From an uncultured Flavobacteriales bacterium (GTDB lineage Bacteria; Bacteroidota; Bacteroidia; Flavobacteriales_D; Parvicellaceae), in NCBI GenBank assembly GCA_913042175.1, contig CAJWIX010000001.1, positions 15,231 through 79,230 on the forward strand: 64,000 nucleotides of DNA, in the 5' to 3' direction. Within the stretch, counting starts at the first letter, position 1. Every line of letters starts with the position of its first letter. Position numbers and translations under genes: made by a program. The notes beneath the pieces are model-generated. The model worked only from the letters and a program-made list of their open reading frames with translations. It was not told the DNA's origin and did no database searches. Positions 59,597 to 64,000 of this stretch are shown here, piece by piece.

Positions 59597-59662
59597 ACCT
59601 ATTTCAGCTCTATATTTTTACTAATAATTAATTTCATTCTTTTATAGCTTATATTTACCCCC

Positions 59663-59983
59663 ATGAATATTAAGGTAATATCTTACAATGAATTGCTTGA
59701 ATGTAAAAGTCAAGGTGAGTCTGTTCAGTTAGTCGATATAAGAGAGCCCTATGAATTGGAGATTGAAGGATTATCTGACGCTATTCATTTACCAATGGGT
59801 GAATTGATGGATAGAATTGATGAAATTCCAACAAGTCAAAAAGTAGTTTTTCATTGTAGCTCTGGGAATAGATCTATGAATATGATGAATTTTTTATGGA
59901 TGAATGATTTGTATAAAGACAATTATTACTCGCTTGATGGCGGTTATCAAAGCATACTTGAATTTTTAAATAATGAAGGATAA
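59663..59983 (+). CDS. rhodanese-domain protein
   Basis: Active-site loop FHCSSGNRS. 106 aa. Confidence 0.8.
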   Translation: MNIKVISYNELLECKSQGESVQLVDIREPYELEIEGLSDAIHLPMGELMDRIDEIPTSQKVVFHCSSGNRSMNMMNFLWMNDLYKDNYYSLDGGYQSILEFLNNEG

Positions 59984-60878
59984 AATTTTTCTTTTTCTTA
60001 AGGGTTTTGCAATGGGTTCTGCCGATGTTGTTCCTGGAGTTTCTGGTGGTACAATTGCCTTTATTACAGGCATATATGATGAGTTAATAGCTACAATAAG
60101 CCAATTTAATTTATCTCTTTTAAAGTTGCTTTTGAAGGGCAATTTCAAAACATTCTGGACACAAGCAAATCTTCAATTTTTATTGATATTATTTGCTGGA
60201 ATATTCACAAGTATTTTTTCTCTAGCTGGGCTAATTTCATTTTTATTGAAAAATCATCCAGCTCCATTGTGGGCTTTTTTCTTTGGGTTAGTTGCTGCGA
60301 GTATAATATATATAGGTAAGAAGATAGCCAAGTGGGATTTGAAAGTCATTGTTTCATTTTCTTTTGGAGCTGCTATCGCCTTTATTATAACAACCTTGCC
60401 CCCTTTAAAAATGGAAAGCGGATATCTTTTTGTTTTTATTTCTGGTGCAATTGCTGTTTGTGCCATGATTCTTCCAGGAATATCAGGTAGTTTTATTCTG
60501 TTATTGTTAGGATCATATTCTACTATTATTTTTGCAGTTAAGCAAAAAGACTTAGTTGTTTTATCTCTTTTTGCTGGTGGTTGTGTTGTTGGTTTACTAT
60601 TGTTTTCTAAACTACTTAAGTGGCTATTTAATAACTACGAACGAATAGTTATAGCACTGTTAACGGGTTTTTTATTGGGTTCATTAAATAAATTGTGGCC
60701 ATGGAAAATAAAAACTGATGTGTTATTAATGACACATAGTGATGGTACAACTGACTATGTCCAACATAATATCATTCCTGCCTTTGACATGAACTTTATC
60801 TATCAGTGCTCATGCATTTTACTTGGTTTTGCCATTTTGTTTTCTATTGAATTTACAGCTAGAAAATTATCAAAATGA
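59973..60878 (+). CDS. DUF368 membrane protein (PopT-type polyprenyl-phosphate transporter family)
   Basis: VPGVSGGTIAFITGIY and LPGISGSFILLLLG duplicated motifs. 301 aa. Confidence 0.8.
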   Translation: MKDKIFLFLKGFAMGSADVVPGVSGGTIAFITGIYDELIATISQFNLSLLKLLLKGNFKTFWTQANLQFLLILFAGIFTSIFSLAGLISFLLKNHPAPLWAFFFGLVAASIIYIGKKIAKWDLKVIVSFSFGAAIAFIITTLPPLKMESGYLFVFISGAIAVCAMILPGISGSFILLLLGSYSTIIFAVKQKDLVVLSLFAGGCVVGLLLFSKLLKWLFNNYERIVIALLTGFLLGSLNKLWPWKIKTDVLLMTHSDGTTDYVQHNIIPAFDMNFIYQCSCILLGFAILFSIEFTARKLSK

Positions 60879-61627
60879 AAAAAACTTATGGGCTTTTAGG
60901 TAAACAACTTTCTCATTCATTTTCAAAATCATTCTTTAATAACAAGTTTAATGAAGAAAATATTGATGCCAACTATGAGAATTATGAATTATCAGATTTA
61001 AAAGAGCTTAGATTTTTGATAGAGAAAAATCGGCTCTGTGGCATGAATGTAACTATTCCTTACAAAGAAGAAGTAATTAATTTCATTGATGAAATAGATG
61101 ACACTTGCACAAACATTGGAGCTGTAAACACATTAGTTCCTCATTATTCTGGTGATAGCTTAGTAAGTATAAAAGGGTATAATACGGATACTTATGGTTT
61201 TAGCCAATCTATAAAACCCTATCTTAGATCATATCATGAGCATGTGTTGATTTTAGGGACAGGAGGTGCTTCCAAAGCAGCATCTCATGTGCTTAAAGAA
61301 TTAAATTTAAAGGTTAACTACATTACAAGAAAACCGACACTTGATTCAAAAGATTTCTTTGGTTGGAATGAGCTAAATGAAAATATGGTTAAATACCATA
61401 AGTTCATTATAAATACTACGCCTATTGGTATGTTTCCCAATCATGATCAAGAATTTTCCTTTCCCTATCAAGCCATTACAAATAAACATTTTGTAATGGA
61501 TCTTATATATAATCCTGAAGAAACCAATTTTTTAAAAAAAGCCAAGAAAATGGGTGCTAATACCATAAATGGATATTCCATGTTGGTTTTTCAAGCATTA
61601 AAGTCTTGGGATATATGGAATTCCTGA
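60875..61627 (+). CDS. aroE: shikimate dehydrogenase
   Basis: LSHSFSKSFFN substrate motif, NVTIPYKE, GTGGASKA. 250 aa. Confidence 0.88.
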   Translation: MKKTYGLLGKQLSHSFSKSFFNNKFNEENIDANYENYELSDLKELRFLIEKNRLCGMNVTIPYKEEVINFIDEIDDTCTNIGAVNTLVPHYSGDSLVSIKGYNTDTYGFSQSIKPYLRSYHEHVLILGTGGASKAASHVLKELNLKVNYITRKPTLDSKDFFGWNELNENMVKYHKFIINTTPIGMFPNHDQEFSFPYQAITNKHFVMDLIYNPEETNFLKKAKKMGANTINGYSMLVFQALKSWDIWNS

Positions 61628-61650
61628 TGAATTAAGATTAATTTTGCCAA

Positions 61651-63666
61651 GTGAAATTTGATTTGCAATCATCATTTTCTCCAACAGGAGATCAACCTGA
61701 AGCAATTAAGGATTTAACTCAAGGTGTTGAGGATGGGATATCTGCACAAACATTGCTAGGTGTTACGGGTTCTGGTAAAACATTTACAGTAGCTAATGTA
61801 ATTCAGGAAATTCAGCGCCCAACTTTAGTACTTTCTCATAACAAGACTTTGGCAGCCCAATTATATCAAGAGTTTAAATCATTTTTTCCAGAAAATGCAG
61901 TAGAGTACTTCGTTTCTTATTATGATTATTATCAGCCTGAGGCCTATCTACCTGTTTCTGACACCTATATTGAAAAGGATCTTTCTATAAATGATGAAAT
62001 AGAAAAATTAAGATTAAGCACCACAACATCTTTATTGTCTGGTAGAAGGGATGTGATTGTTGTAGCTTCTGTTTCGTGTATTTATGGCATTGGGAATCCT
62101 GTAAACTTCCAGCAGGGTATAATCGGTATAGAAGTAGGTCAAAAAATAGCTAGGAATGTATTTTTGAGACTTCTAGTTGATAATTTATACTCAAGGTCTA
62201 ATAATGATCTTTCAAGAGGGAAATTTAGAGTTAAAGGCGATACGGTAGATATACACTTAGCCTATGTTGATTTTGGGATAAGAGTCACTTTTTGGGGTGA
62301 CGAGATAGAAAGTATTTCTGTACTTCATTTACCCGAGATGAAGACAGTAGAGCAAGTAGATCAATATGTGATTTTCCCTGCTAATATTTTTGTCACTGCA
62401 AAAGAAGATATAAATCGATCAATACATCAAATTCAAGATGATTTGGTACAACAATTAGCTTATTTCGATGAGTTAGGTAAAACGTTAGAGTCAAGAAGGT
62501 TAAAAAGTAGGGTAGAGCTAGATTTAGAAATGATTAGGGAATTAGGTTATTGCTCAGGGATTGAAAATTATTCAAGATATTTTGACAACAGAAAACCGGG
62601 AGAAAGACCCTTTTGTTTATTGGATTATTTTCCAGATGATTTTTTAATGGTAATTGATGAATCTCATGTAACAATTCCTCAAATTAAGGCCATGTATGGA
62701 GGTGATCGTTCTAGAAAGACCAATTTAGTAGATTATGGATTTCGTTTGCCAGCAGCCCTTGATAATAGGCCATTACGCTTTGATGAATTTGAACAATTAC
62801 ACAAACAAATCATTTATGTAAGTGCTACACCAGCAGATTATGAGTTACAACAATGTAATGGAGTAATTACTGAGCAATTGATTCGACCAACTGGATTGTT
62901 GGATCCGGAAATTATTGTTAAACCAAAATTGAATCAAATAGATGATTTACTTGCTGAAGTTAATCTTATCGTGGAAAAGGATGCTAGAGTTTTAATTACA
63001 ACTTTAACAAAAAGAATGGCGGAGGAATTGGATAAATATTTTGCCAAAATTGGTATTCGCTCAAGATACATCCATTCAGATGTTGACACTTTGGAGCGAG
63101 TTGAAATTTTACAAGATTTAAGAGCAGGTTTGTTTGATGTATTGGTGGGTGTAAACCTACTTAGAGAGGGTCTTGATTTACCTGAAGTAGCACTTGTAGC
63201 CATTTTAGATGCAGATAATGAAGGCTTTCTAAGATCTGAGCGAGCTCTAGTACAAACTGTTGGAAGAGCTGCAAGAAACTTGGAGGGGAAAGTCATTATG
63301 TATGCTGATAAAATTACAGATGCTATGAAGAAAACCATTGATGAAACAAACCGAAGAAGAATCAAACAAGAGGAATACAATACAATAAATGGGATTATAC
63401 CTACACAAATTGAAAACAAAAATGCCAATCAACTGCTTCAATCCAGATCAAAAAATAATGATATGGAATCAAATATTGAAGAAGAACTTATTGTAAGTGA
63501 CCCTGTTGTAAGTTACATGTCTAGACCAGAACTAGAGAAAAGTATTAAAAGCATTAAAAAGAAAATGGAGGCCGAGGCTAAAAAGGAAAACTTTATGCAA
63601 GCAGCTGTGCTGAGAGATGAAATGTTTAAAATGAAAAAATTATTAATCGAAAAGTTTGACGATTAA
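61651..63666 (+). CDS. uvrB: excinuclease ABC subunit B
   Basis: GVTGSGKT, IDESHVT and a C-terminal UVR motif (AAVLRDEMFKMKK). GTG start. Confidence 0.94.
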   Translation: MKFDLQSSFSPTGDQPEAIKDLTQGVEDGISAQTLLGVTGSGKTFTVANVIQEIQRPTLVLSHNKTLAAQLYQEFKSFFPENAVEYFVSYYDYYQPEAYLPVSDTYIEKDLSINDEIEKLRLSTTTSLLSGRRDVIVVASVSCIYGIGNPVNFQQGIIGIEVGQKIARNVFLRLLVDNLYSRSNNDLSRGKFRVKGDTVDIHLAYVDFGIRVTFWGDEIESISVLHLPEMKTVEQVDQYVIFPANIFVTAKEDINRSIHQIQDDLVQQLAYFDELGKTLESRRLKSRVELDLEMIRELGYCSGIENYSRYFDNRKPGERPFCLLDYFPDDFLMVIDESHVTIPQIKAMYGGDRSRKTNLVDYGFRLPAALDNRPLRFDEFEQLHKQIIYVSATPADYELQQCNGVITEQLIRPTGLLDPEIIVKPKLNQIDDLLAEVNLIVEKDARVLITTLTKRMAEELDKYFAKIGIRSRYIHSDVDTLERVEILQDLRAGLFDVLVGVNLLREGLDLPEVALVAILDADNEGFLRSERALVQTVGRAARNLEGKVIMYADKITDAMKKTIDETNRRRIKQEEYNTINGIIPTQIENKNANQLLQSRSKNNDMESNIEEELIVSDPVVSYMSRPELEKSIKSIKKKMEAEAKKENFMQAAVLRDEMFKMKKLLIEKFDD

Positions 63667-63996
63667 TTACAAATTGTCATAACCAACAGCCAGAATTATA
63701 GCTCCTTTAGTAACAACTTTATATTCAACTCCTGTTTCTTGATCCATTTCAATTACTCTATCAGTAGCAGGAATAATATAGTCAACGTATAGTTTCTTTA
63801 GTCTTAAGTACTTTATGATATCTTCTTCTACTTTGTCTTCTCTTTTAGCTTCTTTTAATTTTTCCAAAAGTGGAGATGTTTCAATAGTGAATTCTGTATT
63901 GGATACATTCTCTTTTTCGTATAGTAAAACTCTAGAGCTAAATCGCTTTGCTTTATCATAAATTCTAATGGTAATGCCATCATTTTTAACCCCCAT
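63667..63996 (-). CDS. hypothetical protein (may extend upstream beyond the window)
   Basis: 109-aa ORF abutting the uvrB stop with no spacer. No stop codon between ATG 63996 and the window edge. Confidence 0.4.
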   Translation of the reverse strand: MGVKNDGITIRIYDKAKRFSSRVLLYEKENVSNTEFTIETSPLLEKLKEAKREDKVEEDIIKYLRLKKLYVDYIIPATDRVIEMDQETGVEYKVVTKGAIILAVGYDNL

Positions 63997-64000
63997 GGCA

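Noticed and set aside
62934-63428. 164-aa and 64-aa minus-strand ORFs antisense to uvrB
   Set aside because: They are embedded in a conserved UvrB helicase domain, have no promoter box or recognisable motif, and are best explained as frame artefacts.

Overview
This is an AT-rich (about two-thirds A+T by eye, not computed), very tightly packed chromosomal segment. Its gene content points to a Bacteroidota genome, probably Flavobacteriia-like: T9SS type A and type B C-terminal sorting domains, TAnnTTTG -7 promoter boxes, a mevalonate pathway, DUF4293 next to rho, and a Rho with an N-terminal insertion. I support about 58 protein-coding genes and found no rRNA, tRNA, CRISPR, transposase, integrase or prophage signal.

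Main blocks:
- 1-6013: an S9 peptidase (runs off the window) and a five-gene, translationally coupled mevalonate operon ending in a UbiA-type prenyltransferase.
- 6221-11778: an MFS sugar transporter, a GH92 alpha-mannosidase and a glycosylasparaginase (N-glycan trimming set).
- 11848-16876: panD, a nitroreductase, and rmuC-umuD-umuC.
- 16855-19173: a T9SS type B surface protein.
- 19208-25826: the ilvD-ilvB-ilvN-ilvC-ilvA operon. It is preceded by an Ile-rich 20-codon leader ORF and a terminator hairpin that are not in the ORF track.
- 26010-31911: an island of four secreted Cys/Asn/Thr-rich proteins, two of them with type B CTDs.
- 32008-38318: an MpaB-like oxygenase, mnmE, a MORN-repeat protein, queE and an OmpA-family protein.
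- 39047-44494: rarA followed by a coupled lipoprotein / outer-membrane protein / T9SS type A cargo module.
- 44604-63996: housekeeping genes (mpl, rho, msrA, arginase-fold protein, argS, rplS, trmD, cysteine desulfurase, glmM, aroE, uvrB).

I cannot point to a recognisable defence, toxin or mobile system. The best candidates for undescribed biology are:
- the uncharacterised envelope modules at 39047-43196 and 26010-31911;
- the UbiA-capped mevalonate operon with a GYD[IV]A-type kinase in the phosphomevalonate kinase slot;
- the ilv leader-peptide attenuator;
- -7 boxes sitting only 4-7 nt from start codons;
- the near-absence of intergenic space between convergent genes.

All family calls come from motif recognition by eye. 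No database search was run.
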